Below are positions 40,602 through 50,355 of a stretch of DNA of 64,000 bases, in pieces. A program made the position numbers and the translations under genes. Within the stretch, counting starts at the first letter, position 1, and each line of letters starts with the position of its first letter. Under the pieces are notes generated by a model, which searched no databases, was not told the DNA's origin, and saw only the letters and a list, made by a program, of their open reading frames with translations. The DNA comes from Atopobium sp. (lineage in GTDB: Bacteria; Actinomycetota; Coriobacteriia; Coriobacteriales; Atopobiaceae): NCBI GenBank assembly GCA_018363825.1, contig JAGZNE010000001.1, positions 6,620 through 70,619 of the forward strand, in the 5' to 3' direction.

Positions 40602-41678
40602 TTATTTCTGAGGATACAGAGCCTCAAGGATCTTCTCGGCAGAATCGAATGCACGTGGCGAGTAGTCGATGTACTCAGAATATGGAATCTCAACGATGCT
40701 CTTGTTGGCAATAGCGGGGACGTTCTGCAGGGAGCTCTCGCCCAGAAGAGTGTCTTTAGCTACAGCGTCAGTTGCTTTATTACGCTCTGCGGTGACGTAA
40801 ATAATGACGTCAGGATTGAACTTAATCAGATTCTCATACGTCAGGCCGTTTGCAGACTGGGTTGTAGCAGGAGTAGCTCCAAGCTGGTCAATGATAGTAA
40901 ACTCAAGGCTCTTCTCGCTACCACCAAAGAGACCAAACGTGCCGTCCTTGAGGTTGGTCATGACCAGAACGGTCTTCTTTGCATCTTTCTCGTGTGCTTT
41001 AACGCGCTCGTTAATGGCATCAAGGCGCTTCTGCAGGTCAGCGGTATAGGTGTCGGCATTGCTCTGAACGTCAAAGATAGATCCAAGGTTCTTAATATCA
41101 GAAATAATTCCGGCAAGCGTTGGATCGCCCTGCTCAGAAGATGCCAGCTGTGTATAGACAGAAATTCCCAGGTCAGCGTAGTCCTTTGGAGAAGTCTGGT
41201 CCTTTGAAGTAAAGAGGCGTGAGCGTCCCACAATAAGGTTTGGATTAGCGGCAACAACAACCTCGCGCGAGAGGCTCTTCTTATCGCCCAGCTGCTTGAT
41301 GTTCGCATACTCGTCAGCAATGTCTGAAGGCATTGGCGCATCAGGCTTGATTGTGCCAATAATCTTGGAGCCAAGGCCCAGGCGCAGCAGAATCTCGGCT
41401 GCAGAGTCTGTCAAGGTAACAACACTCTCAGGAGCCTTATCAAACTTTGCCTCAAACTCATTGCCGTCACCGTCATAGAGCTTGAACGATACTGGATAGC
41501 TTGTATTGGCCGATTTCTTTTCTTCTGCAGCAGGGGTAGATGGGCTAGACGTTGCATTGTTGCACGCAGTAAGACCCAGTCCAGCAGCAGTTGCAGCAAA
41601 TCCTGCCGCAATGCTCAAAAAATTCCTTCTCGTAAAGAGATTTGAACTTACACGAGGATCCATCGGATATCCTTTCAT
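40602..41678 (-). CDS. ABC transporter substrate-binding lipoprotein, iron-siderophore/cobalamin (FecB/FepB) type
   Basis: Tat-like RRNFLS motif and a LTAC lipobox. Follows FecCD permease and ATPase genes. Confidence 0.8.
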   Translation of the reverse strand: MKGYPMDPRVSSNLFTRRNFLSIAAGFAATAAGLGLTACNNATSSPSTPAAEEKKSANTSYPVSFKLYDGDGNEFEAKFDKAPESVVTLTDSAAEILLRLGLGSKIIGTIKPDAPMPSDIADEYANIKQLGDKKSLSREVVVAANPNLIVGRSRLFTSKDQTSPKDYADLGISVYTQLASSEQGDPTLAGIISDIKNLGSIFDVQSNADTYTADLQKRLDAINERVKAHEKDAKKTVLVMTNLKDGTFGLFGGSEKSLEFTIIDQLGATPATTQSANGLTYENLIKFNPDVIIYVTAERNKATDAVAKDTLLGESSLQNVPAIANKSIVEIPYSEYIDYSPRAFDSAEKILEALYPQK

Positions 41679-41703
41679 TCATCTGTTGATACTCAACAGG
41701 CGA

Positions 41704-42465
41704 TTAATACACGTAATCAATGCTGATACCGTTTCCAGCAGTTGATGGGCGGACCATGCCCTCAACGCCATACACATCAGCAAGTAACTCAGGGGTCACA
41801 ATGTCCTCAGGTGTTCCCTCGGAAACAATAGTTCCCTCTTTTAAGAAATACAGGCGGTCGACATAATGAGCTGCCATCACAATGTCATGCAAAACAGCTA
41901 GACAGCTGATACCAAGATTGCGAACAAGGCGCAAAATATCAATCTGGTACGTAATATCCAGGTGATTAGTAGGCTCATCAAGCACCAGAAACTCTGGTTC
42001 CTGAGCTAACGCACGAGCCAACATGACACGTTGTTTCTCGCCACCTGAAAGCGTGGCAAACGAGCGGTCTTCAAAGCGAGAAAGGCCAACTTTCTGAATA
42101 ACGTCAGAAACGATTGACTCGTCGTGATCGGATTCTTTTGACAGCGCCGACTGATGAGGACTGCGTCCCAGCGACACAATTTCGCGAACGGTAAAGTCAA
42201 AGGACAGCGAGTTAAACTGGCTTACAACCGCAACCTTACGCGCAAAGTCACGTCGTGATATCTCAGTGGCGTCGCGCTCGTCCCACAAAATCTGGCCGTC
42301 ATAGCGATGACCAAGGCCATAAATTGCTCGCAAAAGCGTAGATTTGCCGGATCCATTGGGACCAAGGATGCCCACAAACTCGCCATCTGCCACGTTAAGC
42401 GAGACGTCCTTTACAATCGGCTTGTTGTGAATGGTGACCGAAACATTTTGCACTTCAAGGCGCAT
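41704..42465 (-). CDS. ABC transporter ATP-binding protein (FecE/FepC type)
   Basis: Walker A GPNGSGKST and LSGGEKQR signature. The start is set at the Met just after the permease stop. Confidence 0.85.
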   Translation of the reverse strand: MRLEVQNVSVTIHNKPIVKDVSLNVADGEFVGILGPNGSGKSTLLRAIYGLGHRYDGQILWDERDATEISRRDFARKVAVVSQFNSLSFDFTVREIVSLGRSPHQSALSKESDHDESIVSDVIQKVGLSRFEDRSFATLSGGEKQRVMLARALAQEPEFLVLDEPTNHLDITYQIDILRLVRNLGISCLAVLHDIVMAAHYVDRLYFLKEGTIVSEGTPEDIVTPELLADVYGVEGMVRPSTAGNGISIDYVY

Positions 42466-42466
42466 A

Positions 42467-43528
42467 TTACTCACCATCCCTAAAGCTGTAGTTACGTGCA
42501 ACCATGATGTAGACAAAGAACGGCGCACCAACAACAGCGGTCAGAATGCCAATAGGAACTTCGGCGTTGCCTAGGATGGTTCGAGCACAGGCATCTGCCC
42601 AGAGAATGAAAATAGCTCCAAGTACCAGCGCAGTTGGCACCAGTCTTCGGTGATCAGACCCAACAAACGAGCGCGCAATATGCGGAATGATAAGACCAAC
42701 AAAACCGATGGTTCCCACTGATGAAACAAGCGTGCCTACCATGAGTGCAGAAATGGTCAAGTATGCCCACCTGCATAGATTGGTGTTGAGACCAAGCGTT
42801 GTAGCGGCCTCGTCTCCCATCAACAGCACGTTAAGGGAGCGGAACTGTGTTAAGAAAAATACACTGACGAGAAGTACTACAACAACGGAAACGCCAACGT
42901 TTCCCCAGCTTGCTCGTGCCAAGGAGCCCATGGTCCAAAACTTCAGATCCATCATGCCCTCAGCGTTAGCAGCAATAGTGATGATGAAATTAGACAGCGC
43001 CGTGAACAGAGCGTTCAAAATCATGCCCGAGAGAACAAGCTTTGACGACGTCATATGGCCGCCGGTAGATGCCAGCAACAAAACGCCAATCGTGGCAATT
43101 GTTGAGCCGATAAACGAGAACAACGGCACCGAAGAAATTCCCACAACGTGTACCGCGCCGGCTCCAAGCATGATGGCACAGGTGGCTCCGCACGAAGCAC
43201 CTGATGAAATGCCCAAAATATACGGTTCAGCCAAGGTGTTTTGAACCGATGCCTGCATGACAACACCCGCAAGCGCGAGGCCAGCTCCGGCTACCGCACC
43301 CAAGATGATGCGAGGAAAACGTAGCGACCAGACGACCTTCTCGACAGGTCCTCCTGCAGCTAGAGCCTCCGGTAGCGGCATGCCAAAAAGATGATGTGTC
43401 AGCACGGCATATGCGTCTTGCAAGGACACGCCGATGGCGCCCATCGTCGAAGTTATTACAATGCTCGCTGCCAGAATTGCAACGAGAACTCCCATGAAAA
43501 GACGGAACGGTCCGGCTTTTCTTACCAT
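42467..43528 (-). CDS. FecCD family iron-chelate ABC permease
   Basis: 353-aa FecCD/BtuC-like polytopic protein. Confidence 0.85.
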   Translation of the reverse strand: MVRKAGPFRLFMGVLVAILAASIVITSTMGAIGVSLQDAYAVLTHHLFGMPLPEALAAGGPVEKVVWSLRFPRIILGAVAGAGLALAGVVMQASVQNTLAEPYILGISSGASCGATCAIMLGAGAVHVVGISSVPLFSFIGSTIATIGVLLLASTGGHMTSSKLVLSGMILNALFTALSNFIITIAANAEGMMDLKFWTMGSLARASWGNVGVSVVVVLLVSVFFLTQFRSLNVLLMGDEAATTLGLNTNLCRWAYLTISALMVGTLVSSVGTIGFVGLIIPHIARSFVGSDHRRLVPTALVLGAIFILWADACARTILGNAEVPIGILTAVVGAPFFVYIMVARNYSFRDGE

Positions 43529-43775
43529 ACGCTACCTCTCTAAAGTGACGCTGCGTTTTTGCGCACGACGCACAACGTACAATGCGTGTTACACAGAAGC
43601 AGCGGAATTTTTCGAAAGTTAACTATATATTACTTTTTGAATTGTGAGAAGACTGTGAGTTGAGAAATGCTTAAAATACCTACACCCCTCCGTGGGATGC
43701 TCTCCGCGAGGCGGCTACTGCGAGACGACGCCGGCACCAACAGGCAATAACAGACGAGGTCAGACGAGGAACTTC

Positions 43776-44462
43776 ATGGATCTATCAGCTTTACCAGACA
43801 ACACAATCACTATCGGAGAGCGCTCCGAAGTTCCAGGTCTTCTTGTTGTTCTCCATGGCTCGCTGCTTATACCCAAGATAACTGCGCTTCTTGCTTCCGG
43901 GGAACTTGACGCGACCAAGCTCCCCCAATGCCTCACCATTACCGCACCGTCTGATCAAGCCTGCTATTCCCCTTGGCCGGCATCTAGTGTGCGCACAAAA
44001 GTTCCAAATTTTGAAGGGCTTGGAAAAGAATTTCTTTCAGATGTCGTACTTCCAGCTGTCGAGAAGTACGCTGCTCTAGCTACTCATACTGCTCAGGGGG
44101 CATGTCCTCTTACACTTTTGGGCTATTCCTTATCGGGGTTGTGCAGCCTTTTTGAAATGCAAACAACCTGCCACTTTGACCAGTATCTTCTTGCGAGCCC
44201 AAGTACGTGGTTTCCCGATTTTGTTGAAACTTTTGATACGAGCTGTGTGCGTTCGGACATTCGCTGGTGCATTGCAAGCGGAGAAAACGAAGGTAAAAAC
44301 CATCCTGAGCCCCTGCGCTCAGTGAGGCAGACAACAGATGCACTGGTTGATAAGCTGGCGGCGGCTGCTCCGAAGTATCAACGTATGTTGGATTCTTACG
44401 ATCATCACAAGGGTCTTGAGCTGAGATTGCAGCGTTTGCTGAACTTTGGCTTTGATGCGTAG
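43776..44462 (+). CDS. Esterase family protein (enterochelin/siderophore esterase Fes/IroE-like)
   Basis: GYSLSG nucleophile motif. Divergent from the Fe-siderophore ABC operon. GAGGA RBS before ATG 43776. Confidence 0.6.
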   Translation: MDLSALPDNTITIGERSEVPGLLVVLHGSLLIPKITALLASGELDATKLPQCLTITAPSDQACYSPWPASSVRTKVPNFEGLGKEFLSDVVLPAVEKYAALATHTAQGACPLTLLGYSLSGLCSLFEMQTTCHFDQYLLASPSTWFPDFVETFDTSCVRSDIRWCIASGENEGKNHPEPLRSVRQTTDALVDKLAAAAPKYQRMLDSYDHHKGLELRLQRLLNFGFDA

Positions 44463-44583
44463 AGAGCCGTTTTCCTGTGCGGATGCAGCGTTGATGGCTT
44501 GCCCAACTGCCTGCTAAAACAGCCGTCTGAGCGGTGGTGATTGCTAACAAAAAACCCGCCGAGGGCGGGCTTGAAATTCTTAT

Positions 44584-44659
<76 letters not shown>

Positions 44660-44875
44660 ATGCATGCGCTTATGCGCGAACAAGTACTATACCTCGCAGC
44701 ACTCTCTACGTCAAGCAAGATTGACGATTTTCTCGCCATAAAGGTATAAGGCTTGCGTACAAGAGCCAAGAAAGTTGCACTGTCGCCAGCACAAGTGGGG
44801 TCATACGGCTAAACTATTGATACTGTCTTTGGGGCGCTGTGCTTGCGCCAAACAGCTATCGAAGGACTTTTGAGG

Positions 44876-46420
44876 ATGACATTACACGAGCTCCTGGCGC
44901 TCTTTACCAGCAAGAACATCGAGTACACTACCGCGCATCTTGACGCGGTGGATCAAAACGCACAGCTTACCGATGTTGCAAGCGATTCTCGTGAGGTCAC
45001 CCCTGGCTCGCTGTTTGTCTGCAAGGGTGCGCACTTCTCGCCAGCGTATCTGGCAAGCGCGGTGGAGGCTGGGGCTGTTGCGTACCTCTGCCAGCAGTCG
45101 CTTGCGGAAGATCTGCAGTCAGTGGCGCCAAACGTAGCCGCTATTTGCGTGCATGACGTGCGCCTTGCCATGGCCTACGCGGCCGCAGGCGTTGCGGGAC
45201 ATCCCGACAAGAAGCTCACCACCATCGGCATTACGGGTACAAAAGGCAAGTCTACCTGCTCGTATATGCTGCGCGCTATTCTTGACGGCGACGAGCCGTA
45301 CTCCAAGTGCGGCGTGATTGGCGGTATTGAGGTGTTTGACGGCAAGGACACGCAGCCGGCGCACAACACCACGCCCGAGGCTCCTGAGCTGTGGCGCCAT
45401 CTCAAGCACGCCGCGGACGCTGGCCTCCCCTACGTTGACATGGAGATTTCCAGCCAGGGCCTCAAGTACGACCGCACGGTTGGCCTCAACCTGAGCGTCG
45501 CGGTGTTCCTAAACATTGGAACCGATCACATTTCCCCTGTTGAACACCCTACTTTTGAAGATTACTTTGAGAGCAAACTGAAGATTTTTGACCTCGCTCG
45601 CGTGGCCGTCATCAACAAGAACACCATGATGTTTGACCAGGTCATGGAGCGTGCGCAGAGATGCGAGAAGGTCCTGACCTTCTCCACAACCGATTCCGAC
45701 GCCACCGTTTGGGCGGACGACATTACCCCTCACCAGGGCATGGTCACGTTTACCGTGCATGCGCCAACCTGGACCGGCGCCGCCGCGCTGCCTATGTCCG
45801 GCCTCTTTAACGTGGAGAATGCTCTTGCGGCAATCACCGTTGCCGACTACCTGGGCATTCGCGAGAAGGACGCTGTGCTTCCACTGATGAACGTTAAGGT
45901 GCCAGGCCGAATGGAGCTGCTGAGTTCGCCTGACAACAAAGTTACGGGCTTGGTCGACTACGCCCACAACAAGCTTTCCTACCAGAAGCTTTTCTCGTCA
46001 ACGTCCAAGGAATTCCCTGGTTATGGCCGCTATGTAGTCATGGGAGCCGTAGGCGGTAAGGCGTACAACCGTCGCCAGGAGCTGCCTGAAGAAGCGGCCA
46101 AGTGGGCGGACCTGATGATTTACACCACCGAGGACTGCAACATGGAAGATCCTGCGGTGATTTGCGCGCAGATGGCCGAGGCCACGCCTGAGGGCGCCGC
46201 GCACAAGATTATCCTTGACCGCTATGACGCCATTTACGAGGCAGTTTCCGCAGCTTACGACGACCCTCGCCCGGTGCTGGTGTATCTGCTGGCTAAGGGA
46301 GACGAGCCGTTCAACATTATCGGCGGCAAGCACGTTCCGTGGATGACGGATGCTGCCGCGTTCAAGGCCGCTGTCCGCGCCAAGCTGGACGAGCGTGCTG
46401 GCCGTACGGACCGCGAGTAA
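44876..46420 (+). CDS. murE: Mur ligase family protein (MurE-like UDP-MurNAc-L-Ala-D-Glu:diamino acid ligase)
   Basis: GTKGKST P-loop, Mur ligase central and C-terminal domain order; RBS gaagga before ATG 44876. Confidence 0.75.
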   Translation: MTLHELLALFTSKNIEYTTAHLDAVDQNAQLTDVASDSREVTPGSLFVCKGAHFSPAYLASAVEAGAVAYLCQQSLAEDLQSVAPNVAAICVHDVRLAMAYAAAGVAGHPDKKLTTIGITGTKGKSTCSYMLRAILDGDEPYSKCGVIGGIEVFDGKDTQPAHNTTPEAPELWRHLKHAADAGLPYVDMEISSQGLKYDRTVGLNLSVAVFLNIGTDHISPVEHPTFEDYFESKLKIFDLARVAVINKNTMMFDQVMERAQRCEKVLTFSTTDSDATVWADDITPHQGMVTFTVHAPTWTGAAALPMSGLFNVENALAAITVADYLGIREKDAVLPLMNVKVPGRMELLSSPDNKVTGLVDYAHNKLSYQKLFSSTSKEFPGYGRYVVMGAVGGKAYNRRQELPEEAAKWADLMIYTTEDCNMEDPAVICAQMAEATPEGAAHKIILDRYDAIYEAVSAAYDDPRPVLVYLLAKGDEPFNIIGGKHVPWMTDAAAFKAAVRAKLDERAGRTDRE

Positions 46421-46502
46421 CGGCGGCGACGCGGGTGTCGCTGCAAAGGTTGACGGAGCGGGTCAGAAAAGCGCAGGTGAGTTGGTGGACGATGGTGCTT
46501 CG

Positions 46503-46793
46503 ATCCAGATAATCCTTGAGCCGCGCATGATTGAGAAGAATAGTGTGCGTTCTTTAGTTCGCTAATCAGATTTCTGCATATTTGTGTAATAAAATGCATT
46601 CTTATGAATACGTAATTTTTGACCTCAAAATTATGTGCCGAAAAAGGTAAAAAATGCGTTTAGTTGGGGATGAAAACTTAAAATTGGTCGATTTATCCCC
46701 AACTAAGACGATTTTTTACCGCCTCAAAAACTTTTATCTGGGGAAACGTTGTATGCAGAAACCTGTATTCCCCAACTAAACGCATTTTTTACC
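46503..46793. repeat. Composite ~291-bp repeat (R1 MITE-like unit 46646-46793 plus a 143-bp extension), left copy; an inverted copy lies at 50065-50355
   Basis: The reverse complement aligns at about 88% identity over its whole length with 50065-50355. Confidence 0.7.
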
Positions 46794-46913
46794 ACCTGGG
46801 TGCGCGGGCGCAGTTACGTCCCAAATTACTCAAACAAGGCGAGAGAATCAGGCTCCATGAGAGCTCTCATGAAGGGGCTTTCGAAATCAGCTTCGGACAT
46901 ACTTCAAAGCGCG

Positions 46914-47030
46914 CCTGAAAAGTGCAAAGAATCTGTATTTCAGATACAGATTCTTTGACGAAATCAGGCAAATCCACAGTTTCTTTTACGTTTTCAGGCA
47001 GAATTTACAGATTCTTTGCAGAAATCAGGC
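46914..47030. repeat. Intergenic repeat family R2, copy b
   Basis: Near-identical to 17439-17555. Confidence 0.6.
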
Positions 47031-47270
47031 GCGCGTCGGGCGCATACCCGGGCGCATTGAACGCACACCGCGCGCGCCGCCCGCCTGGCGAGAAACCCCG
47101 TCTGCTAGCAGCGCTTTTGCACAAGAAAACCCGGTACCCACACGAAGTGGATACCGGGCGGAAGGCACGTTTGCGCAGCTAGCACGCGCGGCGCTCGCGG
47201 CTCGTACGTAGCACGCACGTCGCTCGCAGCTAGCGCGGTTGCGCCGTGCGGCGCTCGCGGTCGCGACGTG

Positions 47271-49742
47271 TTACTCGTTGTCGCCAGCGGTTGCCTGAGT
47301 TGCGGAGATAGCCTGATCAGCATCGGAAGCGTCTGGCCAAGACCAGTCGGTGAATGCTGGGTGATCATAGCCCTTCTCGACAGCAAACTCGAAGGCCTCG
47401 GTGCGGAACTTCTCCCACTCGTCGATCTGATCTGCCCACTTCTGAGCGTCAATCATGCGGAGAGCGTCAGCAGCAAGTGCCCAACGGTCCATATTGTTCA
47501 GGCGCAGCATGTCGTAAGGAGTTGTGGTGGAACCCTGCTCCTCATAGCCGTGAACGTTGAAGTTGTCGTGGTTTGGACGGTTCCAAATCAGGCGACGGAC
47601 AGAACCAGCGTAAGCGTGGAATGCGAAGAGAACTGGCTTGTCTGCCGAGAAGAGCTTGGTGAACTCCTCGTCGGAGAGAGCTTCGTCGTTCTCGGAAGCG
47701 TTCTGAATCTTGAGCAGGTCAACAACGTTGACGAAGCGAGCCTTGATGCCCAGCTTGCCAAGCATGTCAAGAGCTGCAAGGAGCTCCTGAGTTGGGACGT
47801 CGCCGCAGGATGCGAGGACAATGTCCTCCTCGCCAGCCTCAGCGTTGGAAGCCCACTTCCACTCCTTAGCGCCAGTTGCAAGCTCCTCGCGAGCCTCGTC
47901 GAGGGTTACCCACGTTGGAGCAGGCTGCTTACCAGCAAAGATTGCGTTGATGCAGTTTGTGGAGGTGTAGCACTTCTCGCCAACTGCAAGCAGGAGGTTA
48001 GCGTCTGCTGGGAAGTAGATGTTGGTGATGTGGTCGTTGTTGAAGCTCTTGTTGAGCATGATGTCAACAAAACCAGGATCCTGGTGAGAGAATCCGTTGT
48101 GGTCCTGGCGCCAAACGTGGCTGGAAAGGACCAGGTTGAGAGCGGAGATAGGCTTGCGCCATGGAATGTGGCGGACGGTAGCCTCGAGCCACTTAGCGTG
48201 CTGGTTGATCATGGAGTCAACGATGTGAACGAATGACTCATAGCTGGACCAGATGCCGTGGCGGCCGGTCAGAGTGTAGCCCTCAAGCAGACCCTCGCAC
48301 TGGTGCTCGGAAAGCTGCTCGATAACGTTACCAACTGGGGAGATGTGCTCGTCGTTCTCGAAGTCGTCGTTGAAGCCGCCAAACCACTGCTTGTCGGTTA
48401 CCTGGAAGGATGGCTGCAGACGGTTGGAAGCGGTCTCGTCAGGTCCGAAGATACGGAACTCGGAGCGGTTGCTGTTGATGAGCTCAGCGGTGTACTCGCC
48501 GAGGACGCGCGTTGCCTCAGTAGCACCAAAGCCGTGGCCCTTCTCGGCAACTGGGATCTCGTACTTCTTTGCGTCAGGAAGGACGAGGTTGCGACGGATT
48601 GCGCCACCGTTTGCGTTAGGGTTAGCGCCGAGGCGCAGGTCGCCCTTAGGCATGAAGGAGGTGACTTCTGGACGGATTGCGCCCTTCTCGGTGAAGAGAG
48701 TCTCTGGCCTGTAGGAGCTCATCCAGTCGCGAAGAACCTGGAAGTGAGCCTCGGTGTCGCGAGCGGATGCCAGTGGAACCTGGTGTGCGCGCCAAGAGCC
48801 CTCGGTCTTCTTGCCGTCGATGTAAGGCGGGCAAGTCCAACCCTTAGGGGTGCGGAAGATGATCATTGGGTAGTAAGGACGGGATGCGTCACCTGCGGCT
48901 GCGCGAGTCTTGATAGCGCAGATCTCGTTGAAGACAGCCTCGAGAAGAGCTGCGAAACGACGGTGGATGGATGCGTGATCCTCGTCGTCGAAGCCTGCAA
49001 CAAAGTTGTAAGGGTGGTAGCCCATGCCGCGGAAGAACTCGTCGCGCTCACCGTCAGAAATACGAGCAAGGATGGTTGGGTTAGCAATCTTGTAGCCGTT
49101 GAGGTGCAGGATTGGGAGAACGATACCATCGGTCAGTGGGTCCATGAACTTGTTGGTCTGCCAAGAAGTTGCAAGTGGGCCGGTCTCTGCCTCGCCGTCG
49201 CCGACAACAGCGACTGCCAGCAGGGATGGATTGTCCAGGACGGCGCCGTAAGCGTGGGACAGGGTGTAGCCCAGCTCGCCGCCCTCGTGGATGGAGCCTG
49301 GAGTCTCAGGTGCGTAGTGGGAAGGAATTCCGCCTGGGTAAGAGAAGCGGCGGAAGAACTTCTGGAGGCCCTCTTCATCGTCGGTGATGAATGGGTAGGT
49401 CTCGCGATAAGTGCCGTCGAGCAGGGACTGCGCGGTACCTGCAGGTCCACCGTGACCAGGGCCCATGAGGAAGATGGTGTTCTGGTTATGGTCGCGGATG
49501 AAGCGGTTGACGTGGCCAAACAGGAAGTTTAGGCCTGGGGTGGTTCCCCAGTGGCCAACCAGGCGATGCTTAACGTCCTCGCGAGAGAAACCGTCCTTCA
49601 TAAGAGGGTTGCTGCGAAGATAAATCTGACCAACAGACAGGTAGTTAGCTGCGCGCCAATACCTATCGACGCCGGCAAGCTCGTCCTCAGATACAGGCTG
49701 ATTCAGGGTCTGCCAAGGTGTGCCGTACACGGGCTGAGCCAT
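47271..49742 (-). CDS. xfp: Xylulose-5-phosphate/fructose-6-phosphate phosphoketolase
   Basis: 823 aa; XFP N-terminal signature ([23 protein letters not shown]) and a TPP-binding GDGE motif. Confidence 0.95.
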   Translation of the reverse strand: MAQPVYGTPWQTLNQPVSEDELAGVDRYWRAANYLSVGQIYLRSNPLMKDGFSREDVKHRLVGHWGTTPGLNFLFGHVNRFIRDHNQNTIFLMGPGHGGPAGTAQSLLDGTYRETYPFITDDEEGLQKFFRRFSYPGGIPSHYAPETPGSIHEGGELGYTLSHAYGAVLDNPSLLAVAVVGDGEAETGPLATSWQTNKFMDPLTDGIVLPILHLNGYKIANPTILARISDGERDEFFRGMGYHPYNFVAGFDDEDHASIHRRFAALLEAVFNEICAIKTRAAAGDASRPYYPMIIFRTPKGWTCPPYIDGKKTEGSWRAHQVPLASARDTEAHFQVLRDWMSSYRPETLFTEKGAIRPEVTSFMPKGDLRLGANPNANGGAIRRNLVLPDAKKYEIPVAEKGHGFGATEATRVLGEYTAELINSNRSEFRIFGPDETASNRLQPSFQVTDKQWFGGFNDDFENDEHISPVGNVIEQLSEHQCEGLLEGYTLTGRHGIWSSYESFVHIVDSMINQHAKWLEATVRHIPWRKPISALNLVLSSHVWRQDHNGFSHQDPGFVDIMLNKSFNNDHITNIYFPADANLLLAVGEKCYTSTNCINAIFAGKQPAPTWVTLDEAREELATGAKEWKWASNAEAGEEDIVLASCGDVPTQELLAALDMLGKLGIKARFVNVVDLLKIQNASENDEALSDEEFTKLFSADKPVLFAFHAYAGSVRRLIWNRPNHDNFNVHGYEEQGSTTTPYDMLRLNNMDRWALAADALRMIDAQKWADQIDEWEKFRTEAFEFAVEKGYDHPAFTDWSWPDASDADQAISATQATAGDNE

Positions 49743-49908
49743 GTGCTCCTCCTTTTCTTGGGCTGCTATCTGCGCGTTTACGCAGGTTAGGCAACCTCGT
49801 TGCTTCCATCACCTGAGCGTTTGTTTTGTTCGCACTCAACTGGGCACGCATAAAACAACACATACATAACAGTATGATGCTTCGGCTATGTTTCAAATAC
49901 TACTGTAA

Positions 49909-49928
49909 GTGATAAAACGTTTTATCAC
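49909..49928. promoter_or_regulatory. Perfect 20-bp palindrome GTGATAAAACGTTTTATCAC in the xfp upstream region (LacI-family operator / cre-like)
   Basis: Exact dyad with a central CG, ~165 bp upstream of the xfp start codon. A LacI-family regulator gene lies ~360 bp further upstream on the same strand. Confidence 0.4.
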
Positions 49929-50064
49929 TGTGAGATTTCTTGAAATTTCTTTTACGGGAGACTTTTGAGATGTCTTTTGAGCAGCAAAACGATCCCCCAA
50001 CAGTACCCACAATGCCAAAATGCAACCAAAATGGTGCCCATGTAAAGCGTATACACACCAAAGT

Positions 50065-50355
50065 GGTAAAAAATGCGTTTAGTTGGAGATTTCATTTTTC
50101 TGCATACAACGTTTGCCCAGATAAAAGTTTTTGACGCGGTAAAAAATCGTCTTAGTTGGAGATAAAACAGCTAATTTTCAATTTTCATTTCCAACTAAAC
50201 GGGTTTTTTACCTTTTTCGGTACATAATTTTGAGCTCAAAAATTACGTATTCATCAGAATGAATACAGACGCACAAATATGCAGAAATCTGATTAGCAAC
50301 CCAAAAGACGCACGCTATTCTTCTCAATCATGCGCGGCTCAAGGATTATCTGGAT
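50065..50355. repeat. Composite ~291-bp repeat, right copy, inverted relative to 46503-46793 (R1 MITE-like unit 50065-50212 plus extension)
   Basis: See the left copy. Together they bracket a 3.27-kb segment that contains xfp. Confidence 0.7.

Noticed and set aside
40396-44583. tRNA-adjacent integration of the low-GC island
   Set aside because: The island ends about 4 kb before the tRNA-fMet. High-GC ABC transporter and esterase genes lie in between. No integrase or att-like direct repeat was found, so tRNA-targeted integration is not supported.
47268-49532. 322-aa and 424-aa plus-strand ORFs
   Set aside because: They are antisense to xfp, whose identity is unambiguous. These are GC-rich shadow frames.
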